Assembly (NCBI GenBank): GCA_037131105.1
Contig: JBAXRQ010000001.1
Location: 194,039-258,038 of the forward strand
Source: a bacterium
Lineage (GTDB): Bacteria; Patescibacteriota; UBA1384; CAILIB01
Direction of reading: 5' to 3'
Length of the DNA stretch: 64,000 bases
Below, piece by piece: positions 10,542 to 20,102 of this stretch (positions are counted from its first letter, which is position 1; each line of letters starts with the position of its first letter). The notes beneath the pieces were generated by a model. It saw only the letters and a program-made list of their open reading frames with translations. It ran no database searches and was not told the origin of the DNA. The translations under genes were made by a program, and so were the position numbers.

Positions 10542-12046
10542 TGAAGCCCCTGGCCCTTATCGTCCTGGACGGCTGGGGATACCGGGAGGAAGCCACCCAC
10601 AATGCCGTGGCCACTGCCAGCACCCCTGTCTTTGACAGAGTCTGGAAGGAGAACCCGCACACCCTACTGGAGGCCAGCGGGGAGCAGGTGGGACTTCCTG
10701 AGGGCCAGATAGGAAATAGTGAGATAGGCCATACCACTATCGGGGCTGGGAAGGTAATGGCCACCGACCTGGTGCGCATCACCAAGGCCGGTAAGAACGG
10801 TGAGTTCACCAGTAATCCGGTCTTTACCGAGCTGTTCGACCATGTGAAGTCCTACGGCACCGTGCTGCACGTGCTGGGACAGGTGAGTGCCGGAGGCGTG
10901 CATAGCCACCAGGATCACCTGTTCTATTTCCTGCGCGCTGCCAAGGAAGCGGGTGTCCAGAAGATAGCCATCCATGCCTATACTGACGGCCGCGACGTGC
11001 CGCCAAAGAGCGGGGCCGGCTACATGAAGGAGCTGGAGGCGCTGCTTGCTGAGCTGGGTATCGGCCATATTGCCACGGTCACCGGTCGCTACTATGCTAT
11101 GGACCGGGACAATAACTGGCACCGGCTGGCTAAGGCAGAGGCGGCTATGTTTGAGCACGCTGCTCCCACTTACTTGCAAAAGCCTTCGGCCGCTATGGAA
11201 GATGCCTATGGCCGCGGCAAGGTGGATGAGCACCTGGAGCCCATGGTGTTTGCCGACGAGAAGGGTAACTATTATCCTATCGCCAAGGATGACGCCGTCT
11301 TTGTCTTTAATTACCGTTCCGACCGGGTGCGTATGCTTACCCGTCGGCTTCTCGAGCGAGGTGCCGACCTCGGCCTGCTGATCGCCACCATGACCGAGTA
11401 TCATCCTGACTTCCAGGTGAAAGTCGCCTTCCCTCCGACTACCATCGAGACTACCCTGGGCGCCGAGGTGGCCAGAGCCGGGCTTACCCAGGCCCATATT
11501 GCCGAGACCGAGAAGTTTCCCCACGCTACCTACTTTTTAAATGGTGGCAAGCAGGAGCCCCATGAGGGCGAGGAGCATGTCATGCTGGACAGCCGCAAGG
11601 ACGTGGCTACCCATGACGAGGCGCCGGAGATGCGGGCCGAGGCCATCGCCGATGCTGCCGTAGACAGGCTGCAGAAGGGGGCCGACTTCATCTTTATTAA
11701 CTTTGCCAATCCTGACATGGTGGGCCATACCGCCAACGTCCCGGCCATCGTTACTGCTCTTGAAACGGTGGACCGTGAGCTTGCCAAGGTTCTGGCCGAG
11801 ATCAAGAACCAGGGTGGCGTAGCCCTGGTGACCGCTGATCATGGCAATGCCGAAATCAACATAGATCCGATGACCGGAGAGCGACATACCGCTCATACCC
11901 TGAGCCTGGTGCCGTTCATCGTAGTGGGCGCCGAGGTCAAACTGCGGGAGCTGGGTGGCCTTTCAGATATCGCCCCTACTGCCCTTGAGCTGCTGGGTAT
12001 CCAGAAGCCATCTTCAATGACCGGGGAGAGCCTTATTGTGAAATAG
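10541..12046 (+). CDS. gpmI: 2,3-bisphosphoglycerate-independent phosphoglycerate mutase
   Basis: N-terminal LIVLDGWG, metal-binding ADHGN; about 500 aa iPGM architecture. Confidence 0.9.
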
Positions 12047-12091
12047 GTCACAGGGGGATTGATTTTTTTCGCATTTCTGGTATGGTAAGTT

Positions 12092-12123
12092 CTTGATTCT
12101 GAAAGGAATCAAGTGTGTTTTTA
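12092..12123 (+). terminator. Rho-independent terminator after gpmI
   Basis: Stem cttgattc / gaatcaag with loop tgaaag, followed by tgtgttttt. Confidence 0.5.
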
Positions 12124-12134
12124 GTTTTTAAGGG

Positions 12135-12827
12135 GTGAGGGAATTGGTTGTCGAGACACAAGACGTAGTGGGTAGCGCAGGAAAAAAGGGCGGGTCAAAG
12201 GTTTGTCTTCGCGATACGTTGGGTCCGTTTAAACCGCCTACAGAAACGCCGATATTCTTTGTGACGGGTCCCTCGACGGCGGGCAAAGGGGAAACCCTTA
12301 AGGGGGTCATTGCCGACTGCCTGGCACGAGGAATCGTGGTTCGTAAGTTGAGGTCGATCACCGAACGTGACCGAAGAGACGATGACACGAACTATGATTT
12401 CATTACGCCCGCCGAGATGGATGAACTTATTGCGAGCGGCGATGTAATGACCAAGGCGACGATCAATGGTAAGCGTTACGTGTATACCTGGTCCAGCCTT
12501 TTTGAAGCCTGCTACCTTGAAGACGGGACAGTGGACACCAGGCCCATAATCCTGGAGTTTGATCTCCAGGACTGCATGCACTATATGCGCGAGCATATTC
12601 CTGGATGTCCGCACGTCCACATTCATGCGGATCGTGAGACGCGGTATCGCAGAATGGAATCCAGCCGCGCCTGTCTGCCGGAAGCACTCAAGAGTGAGCG
12701 GCTTGACCGTGGTTGTCAGGACTTCTCCATTGCGCACGCTCTCGGAGACCCATTCATCGTACATAACGATGACGGCTGTCTGGACGAGACGGTCGAAAGT
12801 GTGAGTGTTTACCTGAGACTGAGCTAA
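12135..12827 (+). CDS. guanylate-kinase-like P-loop protein (divergent)
   Basis: P-loop GPSTAGKGE; Gmk-like segment SITERDRRDDDTNYDFITPAEMDELIASGDV...NGKRYVY; canonical TTRxxRxGE residues are altered. Confidence 0.45.
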   Translation: MRELVVETQDVVGSAGKKGGSKVCLRDTLGPFKPPTETPIFFVTGPSTAGKGETLKGVIADCLARGIVVRKLRSITERDRRDDDTNYDFITPAEMDELIASGDVMTKATINGKRYVYTWSSLFEACYLEDGTVDTRPIILEFDLQDCMHYMREHIPGCPHVHIHADRETRYRRMESSRACLPEALKSERLDRGCQDFSIAHALGDPFIVHNDDGCLDETVESVSVYLRLS

Positions 12828-12852
12828 GAGTTAACTCGGATTCAGAATCTTT

Positions 12853-12882
12853 AAAAAGACGGCCCGGAGGTGCCGTCTTTTT
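12853..12882. terminator. bidirectional hairpin terminator between convergent genes
   Basis: aaaaagacggc-ccggaggt-gccgtcttttt, perfect stem with A and T runs. Confidence 0.6.
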
Positions 12883-12897
12883 CAATTCCCAGAAAAG

Positions 12898-12920
12898 AGA
12901 AAACCGCCCGGGGGCGGTTT
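12898..12920. terminator. second hairpin (aaaccgccc ggg ggcggttt)
   Basis: Perfect 9-bp GC stem flanked by A/T runs. Confidence 0.45.
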
Positions 12921-13082
12921 CAGAAAGGGCAGGCCAAGTGGCATGCTGGGAAAAAGGGGGAGAAGGGTTCGGAAAGGCCTGGTGGCCGGCGAGGGTTGGT
13001 GAGGGCACTGGCGTCTTCCTAACCCTTCTCTTAGATCATTACAACACTCTCTGAGTAGGGAGTCAATGTTTTTCAGCTATAG

Positions 13083-14114
13083 CTACTTGTATCCGTTCGT
13101 AGCCTCTTGGTAGGTAGTCTTGGAGATCTCCTGGATGGCCTTCTCAGCATTGGCCAGACTGCCGGTGCTTCGGGTCATGACACAGAGCAGGTAGCGCTTG
13201 TTTGGCGCATAGACGATACCGCAGTCTTGCAGCTCGCGTGCAGTCACCTTGCCGCCCTCGGTTTTGGTGTCGATACCGAACTTGTGAGCGACCTGGGTAC
13301 CGGCCGGCAGTCCCTTAGCCAGTCCGTCTGTAAAATCAACCTCGCCAAGTAGCTCCATGGCCTTCTCGGAGAGATCCCTGTCGATGTATGTTGCATTTAC
13401 AAGGACGCGTAGGAAATAGGAAAAGTCCTTAGCAGTCATATAGTCCTCAGGTTGACTGGAGTCCTCGCGTAGAGGCACCTTCAGATCCCTGAAGGCTTGC
13501 TGGAAGAGGGTGGGATCGACGTAGCTGGCCAGGGCGTAGAAGGCGTTATTGTCCGAGTACTTGATCATCTTCTCGATGGCCTCCTCCACCGTGTAGGTCT
13601 GGCCGACCTGGAGGCGTACTTTGGGCTGGATCTCAATACCGGCGTTGGTATCGCTGGAGCTATTCACGGTAATTTGGTGCTGGAGGACCGAAGGATCCTT
13701 CTCGGCCATCTTGTAGGCGGCGATCATGGTAGGGATCTTGTTCAAGCTTGCCGGGTAGTACTTCTGGTCGGGGTTGATGTTCGTGGTGGCGTTGACGCTG
13801 AAGTCGCGGAAGTAGATTGATGCTGAGTCAATGTCATGGCTGGCTACTTTGCTCGCTATGAGGTTGTTGAGCTTATTTTGGAGGGGCGCCAGGATAGGAG
13901 AGGCGTCCACGGTATTGTTGTCACAGAGAAGCAGCGGGTTTATATAGGTATAACCGCCAAGGCGGAGACACTGGTAGCCGATGATCTGGGGTGGGGCGGG
14001 CGCAGCCAGGGCGCCGTGCAGCCACCAGCCGCCGCCTAAGGCGAGCAGGATAAGAACTAGGGAAAGCAGAGAGGCTGTAAGGCTGCGAAAGATGCGTTTG
14101 GAAAAGGATTTCAT
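13083..14114 (-). CDS. class-A beta-lactamase-like serine hydrolase, secreted/membrane-anchored
   Basis: N-terminal TM; SxxK-type motif PASLNKIPT; length and layout consistent with PenP-like fold. Confidence 0.45.
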   Translation of the reverse strand: MKSFSKRIFRSLTASLLSLVLILLALGGGWWLHGALAAPAPPQIIGYQCLRLGGYTYINPLLLCDNNTVDASPILAPLQNKLNNLIASKVASHDIDSASIYFRDFSVNATTNINPDQKYYPASLNKIPTMIAAYKMAEKDPSVLQHQITVNSSSDTNAGIEIQPKVRLQVGQTYTVEEAIEKMIKYSDNNAFYALASYVDPTLFQQAFRDLKVPLREDSSQPEDYMTAKDFSYFLRVLVNATYIDRDLSEKAMELLGEVDFTDGLAKGLPAGTQVAHKFGIDTKTEGGKVTARELQDCGIVYAPNKRYLLCVMTRSTGSLANAEKAIQEISKTTYQEATNGYK

Positions 14115-14262
14115 GGCTCTAGTATAGAGGAATTAAGGGACAACAACTATGTTTAGGAGTGACCGGGAGTTCCGCTCCCATATATCTTTGGAGTCGCTAC
14201 ACGGCTTTCCGGACTTCGCCGGAAGCGCCAGCGAACCGCGGTTTCGAACCCGCACGATCCAA

Positions 14263-14303
14263 CCAGAGAAAAAGACCCATACAAGATGGGTCTTTTTCTC
14301 TGG
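14263..14303. terminator. 18-bp perfect hairpin (ccagagaaaaagacccat acaag atgggtctttttctctgg)
   Basis: Perfect inverted repeat with internal A/T runs; sits between divergent genes next to a 12-nt copy of the tRNA-Asp 3' end. Confidence 0.5.
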
Positions 14304-14391
14304 CGGGAGCGATGGGTCGATTTCCGAACTTCGTGTAATGTTGTTTCATACTTTGCTGATGGAGATATATACTTAGCTCATAATTAATATT

Positions 14392-15468
14392 ATGACTATG
14401 TTTTGCACTGAATGTGGTTGTGAACTCCGACATAAGGGGAAGTTTTGTCCAGAATGTGGTCACTTGGTTACTAAGGGGGGCGAAGGCCTATCGGCCTGTC
14501 ACATTAATCCGGAGACTAATCCCTTGAAACGTCAAATGAAGAGCAAATATCGCCAACCATGGCTTATTGCAGGTTGCTGTCTTATATCGATCGGGATAAT
14601 TTCAGGAGTAGTGTACATCTTCTATCAGAAAGGTTTTGGAAGTCGGAATAATGAGGCCAATATAACGAATCGGGCACGTTTAGATAGCCTGGAGGCAATG
14701 CTCCAGGACGGCGACAGTCTCGTTTCTATTTGGAACGATACTGCAGATAGGGCAAACGAAGACCGACTTCATGAGCAATCCATAATTGCTGATTTTAAAT
14801 CAAAGTCGCAAGATCAAGTCGAACCTGTGAAGTCGTTGTCGGCAAATTGGCTTTTCGAAGCCGCAGAAATACAGAATACTGCACCATGTGATTGTTTTGG
14901 TCCGTCTGTTACGGCGAGCAAAAGCGAGATTCAAGACGGACACAAAGCATTGAACAGAATTAAAGTAATCGATTCTCAACTTGCTATCCAGCATTCGCTC
15001 CTAAAAGGAGGAGCAGTTCCTTCTAATGAGCAGGTAACATCCGATCTTAAGTCTGATGCTAAGAATATTCAAACGAACTTCATAATTGAAGCCGTCATAT
15101 CAGATGCCTGGCAGCATAACAAGAATCACTCTTTTATTGGGGAGTGGGTTTCGTTAGCTCCGGCTGGGAAGGATCAAGTTGACTGGGCATCGATGGGACT
15201 GAATGCTAATGGGACAGATGTTGTTGGCAACTCTGGTGCGGATCTGGGGGCGTCGTTAAACGCCTCACAGTCTTACGAGAAATCTATTCTCGATCTCGGG
15301 AGGCTTACACAGGTTGCGGGTGGCTCTGTTCGGGATCTGACGAATAAAGTACTTGAGCAGTCCCTGATATTGTGGGATCACTCAGTTACTAATACGCTCT
15401 ACGGAGACGTTCTTGGCGTTTTCTCTAAACTTCAAGAGTTAGTCCTTGAGATTTCTGCCTTGAGCTAA
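14392..15468 (+). CDS. zinc-ribbon (CxxC...CxxC) single-pass membrane protein with extracytoplasmic domain
   Basis: N-terminal MTMFCTECGCELRHKGKFCPECGH, then a TM segment (WLIAGCCLISIGIISGVVYIF); AT-richer than its neighbours. Confidence 0.5.
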   Translation: MTMFCTECGCELRHKGKFCPECGHLVTKGGEGLSACHINPETNPLKRQMKSKYRQPWLIAGCCLISIGIISGVVYIFYQKGFGSRNNEANITNRARLDSLEAMLQDGDSLVSIWNDTADRANEDRLHEQSIIADFKSKSQDQVEPVKSLSANWLFEAAEIQNTAPCDCFGPSVTASKSEIQDGHKALNRIKVIDSQLAIQHSLLKGGAVPSNEQVTSDLKSDAKNIQTNFIIEAVISDAWQHNKNHSFIGEWVSLAPAGKDQVDWASMGLNANGTDVVGNSGADLGASLNASQSYEKSILDLGRLTQVAGGSVRDLTNKVLEQSLILWDHSVTNTLYGDVLGVFSKLQELVLEISALS

Positions 15469-15505
15469 AGTCTTTAGTGCCTTTTGGTGCGAAGGGTACG
15501 GGAAG

Positions 15506-16426
15506 TCAATGTACGGGACTAATTAAGGCAGCAGTATTATTGCGAGGATTCCCCACCTGTTCCGACACTGGATATGACTCCATGCTCTTCGCCTCATAGG
15601 GTATGAGCAATGATTGGAGGTGGGCTAGCGGCGCTTCAGGGTCCAGCCACACTGCCTCGTCCTTCCGATGAAGGATGACCGGCATCCGGTCGTGCACCTC
15701 AGCGGCCAGAGGGTTCGGCGCCGTCGTGATAATGGTATACGTCTGCAGCTCCTTACCTTCCTTGTTATGCCATTCCGCCGTGAGCCCCGCCAGGGCGAAG
15801 TACTCCTCTTCTCGCAGCCTGAAGTAATACGGCTGCTTGCCTGAGCCAACCTTCTTCCACTCGTAGTAGCCCGTGATGGGTACCAGGCACCGGCGCTTCT
15901 CGAACGACTTTTTGAAGGAGTTCTTCTCGTGCACCGTCTCAGCCCGGGCGTTTATCATCTTGTAGCCTATCTTCTCGTCTGACGCCCACACGGGGACGAG
16001 CCCCCACTTCATGAGCTCGAGGCGGTTGGGGCTGTTCTCCTCCATCGTCCTCACCTTCAGTATGGGTGTGCCGGTGAAGTCGATGACCGCCTCGTCGATG
16101 CTCTTGGGGGTCACGTCGGGGCTGTAGTCTCGGTAGATGCGGCAGAAGCGCTTGTGCACCTCACGGTAGAGGTTTGGATCGGGCGGGATGATGGCGATGT
16201 CGGGGGCGAGCATGCGGGCCTCGCGCACGTTGACGGCGGTCTTTATCCCCGCCTGCTTGGCCTCGTAGCTGGGGCTCACCACGCAGCCCCCGGGCCCCGT
16301 GTAGGCCGCAACGCCCACCGGCTTCCCCCTCAGAAGCGGCCAGGCCTGCTGCTCGGCACGCGCGAATGAGGCGTTCATGTCGATGTGCATGATCGTTGCG
16401 GGGTTGCGGTTAATCGGCAAGTCCAT
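15506..16426 (-). CDS. in-frame chimera: Y-family DNA polymerase N-terminal palm fragment fused to an SRAP (YedK/HMCES) C-terminal domain
   Basis: Residues ~1-125 carry IMHIDMNASFARAEQ and SIDEAVIDFTG, matching the DinB/UmuC catalytic motifs; residues ~135-306 (KWGLVPVWASD...INARAETV...RRCLVPITGYYEWKK...IHDRMPVIL...VSEQVGNPRNNTAALISPV) match SRAP; the SRAP N-terminal Cys2 nucleophile region and the polymerase fingers/thumb/little-finger are absent. Confidence 0.6.
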   Translation of the reverse strand: MDLPINRNPATIMHIDMNASFARAEQQAWPLLRGKPVGVAAYTGPGGCVVSPSYEAKQAGIKTAVNVREARMLAPDIAIIPPDPNLYREVHKRFCRIYRDYSPDVTPKSIDEAVIDFTGTPILKVRTMEENSPNRLELMKWGLVPVWASDEKIGYKMINARAETVHEKNSFKKSFEKRRCLVPITGYYEWKKVGSGKQPYYFRLREEEYFALAGLTAEWHNKEGKELQTYTIITTAPNPLAAEVHDRMPVILHRKDEAVWLDPEAPLAHLQSLLIPYEAKSMESYPVSEQVGNPRNNTAALISPVH

Positions 16427-16679
16427 CGGAGGCCTCGATTAGCGTTGCGTGCAGGGTGTCGCCGTCCACGTGGATGCGCATGTCCAGGGCGCCGACGTTG
16501 ACGCAGAAGACGTGCACCTGCTTGCGGCCGTCCCGCACGGTGTAGGCCATGCCGGTCTCCCGCACCAGGTAGTCCCGGCCCTGCCAGCGCACGCACAGCA
16601 GGGACGCGCGCTGAGCGACGGAGTCGATGTCGACGCGCACCTTCACCGCCTCGTTGATGGGTGTCCTCATGCTAGGCAC
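16410..16679 (-). CDS. small hypothetical protein upstream of the polymerase/SRAP chimera (possible UmuD/YolD-type accessory)
   Basis: 89-aa ORF overlapping the downstream start by 17 nt; GC-rich patch; function speculative. Confidence 0.25.
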   Translation of the reverse strand: MPSMRTPINEAVKVRVDIDSVAQRASLLCVRWQGRDYLVRETGMAYTVRDGRKQVHVFCVNVGALDMRIHVDGDTLHATLIEASDGLAD

Positions 16680-16769
16680 TATACACCAAACATATACCGA
16701 ACAGTCAAGGCAACAACCGACAGTCTAGAGGTCTCAGGTTCTAATTGAAACAAATTGGGAGGTCGATCG

Positions 16770-17093
16770 TCACGGTGTTTGGAGGGCGTCAGGATTGTAA
16801 GCGCACATTGTGTTTGCTATTGGAGCTGCGTTCCCCGTCCCTCTAGTATAGTCGTTGACGCGTCTGGGTACGCCATCAGAATACCTCCAGACTAGTGTTA
16901 CGAAGGCGGCCTCTCCTCTTAAGGCTCTCTCTAGCACCATGCTAACTAGAAGTTCCTTGTTGGTCTTCTCTTGTCCGGCAGGAATCTTTTCCAAGCATTG
17001 CCTCATGAGGTCTGCCATGGATTGGCCTTTTCTGGGTCTGCCGTTTGGGTTCCGTGTTTCCCCCTTGAGCATCGTTGTGGAGTTGCGGGGCAT
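16770..17093 (-). CDS. phage/plasmid-associated small protein (RNPNGRPRKG motif, DUF5681-like)
   Basis: N-terminal GETRNPNGRPRKG motif common in phage small proteins. Confidence 0.35.
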   Translation of the reverse strand: MPRNSTTMLKGETRNPNGRPRKGQSMADLMRQCLEKIPAGQEKTNKELLVSMVLERALRGEAAFVTLVWRYSDGVPRRVNDYTRGTGNAAPIANTMCAYNPDALQTP

Positions 17094-17189
17094 AGGCCTG
17101 TTAATTGCCTGTTTTTATAATCGCAATATACCCCTAAGTGGCCTCTGCATCCATCGGAGGACCTGGAGTTGGCAGCTTGTGAAGCAGAA

Positions 17190-18245
17190 TCACTTAGGAT
17201 TATTTGGATAAGCCACGCTCCTGATATAGTTCGAGCTCAGGGCATACCCGGTTCCTTCAGCGGGCACGTATGCGCTGCTCCACACCAGCTTCTCGGTATT
17301 CATGCCGACGACTCCACAAGCACTGACCAGCGGGCCACCTGAGTTCCCGGGGTTGATAGTTGCATCTGTCTGTAGCAGTTCACGACCGCTGTCTGTTACC
17401 CTTCGCGATAAGATCCCCTTGGTAATTGTAGCTTCGCCAGATGGGGAGTTAGGCCAACCTACGGTATAGACAGTCTCAGCATCCTTCAGCATATCTGAAT
17501 TGGAGAGCGACATGGTGAAATGGAATGAGTAGTCTACCTTGAGTATGGCTATGTCCTGGTCGGGGTAGGCTGCATAGACGGAAGCGTCCATATCCTTATT
17601 CCCGTCATAACCTATCCATACCCTAATAGTCTTAACTCCCTGGATCACATGGTAATTTGTTAGGACTAGGCCAGGGGTTGAGTCGGTCAGTGCCATACCC
17701 GATCCTGAGCCAATCAAGTTACCCCGGCTATCATAGTCTCTGACAAGATGGGCCGCCGCCTTAGCAGCATGGAGAGTGGCTTGCTCGTCGCACCCTGTTG
17801 GCATTGAGGATGCAACAACTGGAGAGGACGTGTAGCCGCCTATACTATTATTATAATTAGCTGTGGCAATAGCTTTCATGACTGACAAAACCAATACGAT
17901 AGCGAATATCCATATTGCTTTCCGTACTCGAGGGCTCATTCTTCTGATTCTCTTGTGGCAGTATCTGCAAACACGGGCATCCGCTTTTATCTTCTCGGCA
18001 CAGTGTGGGCAGATCTTGTGGCCAGGCTTGGGAGATAGGCTCCTCTCTCTGCCCTCTTTCTCAAGACGCTCGTATGCAGTGAAGAAATCCTCTTCTACCG
18101 GATGGTCTTGTTGCTTCGGTGGTATTCCTTCGTTTGTTTTCATCGTGTGAGATGTTTCCGTCAGGGGTAAGCCGAGGTTGTTCCATTTCTTCGTTATTGG
18201 GTAGCGGGTGGAAATACCCTCAAGAATACAATAAAGGCCAAGCAC
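17190..18245 (-). CDS. membrane-anchored trypsin-like (S1/HtrA-type) serine protease with N-terminal zinc ribbon
   Basis: CPHCAEK...CRYCHK zinc ribbon; TM; TNYHVIQG (His), D, and GNSGGPL (Ser) catalytic triad motifs. Confidence 0.6.
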   Translation of the reverse strand: MLGLYCILEGISTRYPITKKWNNLGLPLTETSHTMKTNEGIPPKQQDHPVEEDFFTAYERLEKEGRERSLSPKPGHKICPHCAEKIKADARVCRYCHKRIRRMSPRVRKAIWIFAIVLVLSVMKAIATANYNNSIGGYTSSPVVASSMPTGCDEQATLHAAKAAAHLVRDYDSRGNLIGSGSGMALTDSTPGLVLTNYHVIQGVKTIRVWIGYDGNKDMDASVYAAYPDQDIAILKVDYSFHFTMSLSNSDMLKDAETVYTVGWPNSPSGEATITKGILSRRVTDSGRELLQTDATINPGNSGGPLVSACGVVGMNTEKLVWSSAYVPAEGTGYALSSNYIRSVAYPNNPK

Positions 18246-18437
18246 CTAGGTTGCTTGGACCAACAGATGGCTTGCGCCTACTGCTTTTGGTGCTTGACCT
18301 GTTACCAGGCGCAAGCACCCCTTTGAAGGGAAGCTGTGATGTAAGCCAAACTGTTGATCCAAGCCACTAAATCATAGCCCGTTTAACCTTGAAATACAAC
18401 AAAAGCACCGGACGGCTGACGGAGTTCTAACTCGGTT

Positions 18438-18809
18438 CTATTTGATCCAGCCGAGGGCTTTGAAGGTAAGCTCTAGGTATTTAAGTCGTACCCGCTGGTC
18501 GGGTACTACTTCTACTGCGTACTTGCCGCGCACTTTCTCCCAGCCGTGGTCTGTCTTTCGGAAGATGGGTCTTATCTCTAGCTTGGTCGCCTCGAGGCCA
18601 TTACCTAGGCCCCAAACTTGGGACCGCGGCCCTAGGGCCTTGTGGAGCAAGTAGCTTACTCCAGGTTGGGCATGGATGGCACGACCTGGATTCCTGGCAG
18701 TGCTTGGGCTGTACCCTGCAAGACGGGCGGCGAGGCCCTTAGAATATCCTTCCGCAAGGAGCTGCGCATATCTATAAGCACGTGGGCTGGGTCTCTTGAG
18801 TATGGGCAT
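18438..18809 (-). CDS. small HTH protein, phage terminase-small-subunit-like
   Basis: N-terminal AQLLAEGYSKGLAARLAGYSPSTARNPGR HTH-like segment. Confidence 0.3.
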   Translation of the reverse strand: MPILKRPSPRAYRYAQLLAEGYSKGLAARLAGYSPSTARNPGRAIHAQPGVSYLLHKALGPRSQVWGLGNGLEATKLEIRPIFRKTDHGWEKVRGKYAVEVVPDQRVRLKYLELTFKALGWIK

Positions 18810-18935
18810 AACGGCAGTATTATAGCAGACCTAGGAAGTAACCTATCAGTAGTTTGCTCAGATAAGAATTTGAGAACAACACGTGGCGCTTGCTTTGGGA
18901 TCCTGCTATCCTCCAATCATAAGACTGACACGACT

Positions 18936-20102
18936 ATGACAATGAATGATAATGAACTTCTAGGTCATTTCCTTGAGAATGCCTTGGTGGCGAAGAAAGA
19001 CAGCCATTTATTTTTGGCTGTATCTGATTATGTGAACTACGTAGATTCCTCTGAGAGGTGGTCGGCAATAATGGTTGAGAAAGTGCTCTCTGAGCGAAGG
19101 GATCTTGAAAGTCGCCTCAGCGAGCTCGGTGCAGAAGTGATAGCGGAATCTGAACGATGCTTTGATGCAGTATCTGCAAAGCTGATTTCGCATGGCATAA
19201 AGGTGGACGGGGAGCTGACGTCAAGACTGGATGCATATCGCAACATTCTTTCAGGCTCATACCAGAGTTCAGAACCATATCCGAAATCTGTTTACGGTTC
19301 CGTCGGCCGTCTTCTTAGCGAGCTAAAGGATAGGGGACATGGAGATTTATTTGCCGACAGTATTTCGACAGATGACAAGACTACAAATTATGTCTGGACA
19401 TTCTCCAAGAAGTACAGAGAATACGAGGAGCTGCTTCAAGTCTTTGAACGAAGGCGACGTGACAGCGCATGGGGGTCTTGGGAGACCCTTGGCCATGTAT
19501 TCCACACAATTGCCCTTCGGGATCAGATTACTAAGAAACTCAGTCAACACGGCTATGAGTGGACGTTCATGAACTACTTATATATGGCCAGCGCGATGGA
19601 CAAGATTCTGGATTCGGGATCAGCTCTTGGGCAAACCGTATTCGATAGAGAAAGCACAGAATGGTCCCTTAGAAGGATCCACGCTCGGTTACTCTTGGCT
19701 GACGGTGGGGGCGTTACGGAATCTCAAAGCTCTCAAGTCGGTACTGATAATTCTGAATCTATAGGCCTAATGCCTAGTTATCAGGTGGGACCGTTAATTC
19801 TTGATCTGGAAAAGGGTCAACTAGTGGTACGGGGTCAGAAACCCTTAGACGTATCTACCAAGAGCCGCCCGATGATCATGTTGCGCTTGTTAATGCAGAA
19901 ACCGGGCGTCGTTGTTTCGCATTCCGAAATAGTTGACGCTTCCTCAAAAGAGGGCTCAGCCGCGAACAATGACGATATAGACGCAAACAAGCTTAGAGTA
20001 CAAATTGATTATCTCCTCATACGTGCTGGAATGGACAAACAGAAAGCAAAAGAGCTGATTAGGTCGGAGCGGGGAAAGGGGTATAAGATTTACCCCAACT
20101 AG
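18936..20102 (+). CDS. hypothetical protein with C-terminal OmpR/PhoB-type winged-helix DNA-binding domain
   Basis: C-terminal KSRPMIMLRLLMQKPGVVVSHSEIV...KLRVQIDYLLIR...RGKGYKIYPN matches the trans_reg_C pattern; start set to the ATG at 18936 to avoid overlap; AT-rich. Confidence 0.45.
   Translation: MTMNDNELLGHFLENALVAKKDSHLFLAVSDYVNYVDSSERWSAIMVEKVLSERRDLESRLSELGAEVIAESERCFDAVSAKLISHGIKVDGELTSRLDAYRNILSGSYQSSEPYPKSVYGSVGRLLSELKDRGHGDLFADSISTDDKTTNYVWTFSKKYREYEELLQVFERRRRDSAWGSWETLGHVFHTIALRDQITKKLSQHGYEWTFMNYLYMASAMDKILDSGSALGQTVFDRESTEWSLRRIHARLLLADGGGVTESQSSQVGTDNSESIGLMPSYQVGPLILDLEKGQLVVRGQKPLDVSTKSRPMIMLRLLMQKPGVVVSHSEIVDASSKEGSAANNDDIDANKLRVQIDYLLIRAGMDKQKAKELIRSERGKGYKIYPN

Noticed and set aside
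10664-11896. Long antisense ORFs (286 aa, 119 aa, 91 aa) opposite gpmI
   Set aside because: gpmI identity is unambiguous. The antisense frames are His/Gly/Leu-rich artefacts of GC-biased codon usage.
14190-14260. tRNA-like T-arm fragment (ccgcggtttcgaacccgc)
   Set aside because: GGTTCGAACC is self-complementary and common. No acceptor or anticodon arm could be folded. It is kept only as context for the 12-nt tRNA-Asp repeat nearby.
16375-16748. ORFs 16375-16596 (minus strand) and 16449-16748 (plus strand) in the GC-rich patch
   Set aside because: They overlap each other and the better-supported 16410-16679 ORF. They are Arg/Pro/Ala-rich translations typical of off-frame reading of high-GC DNA.
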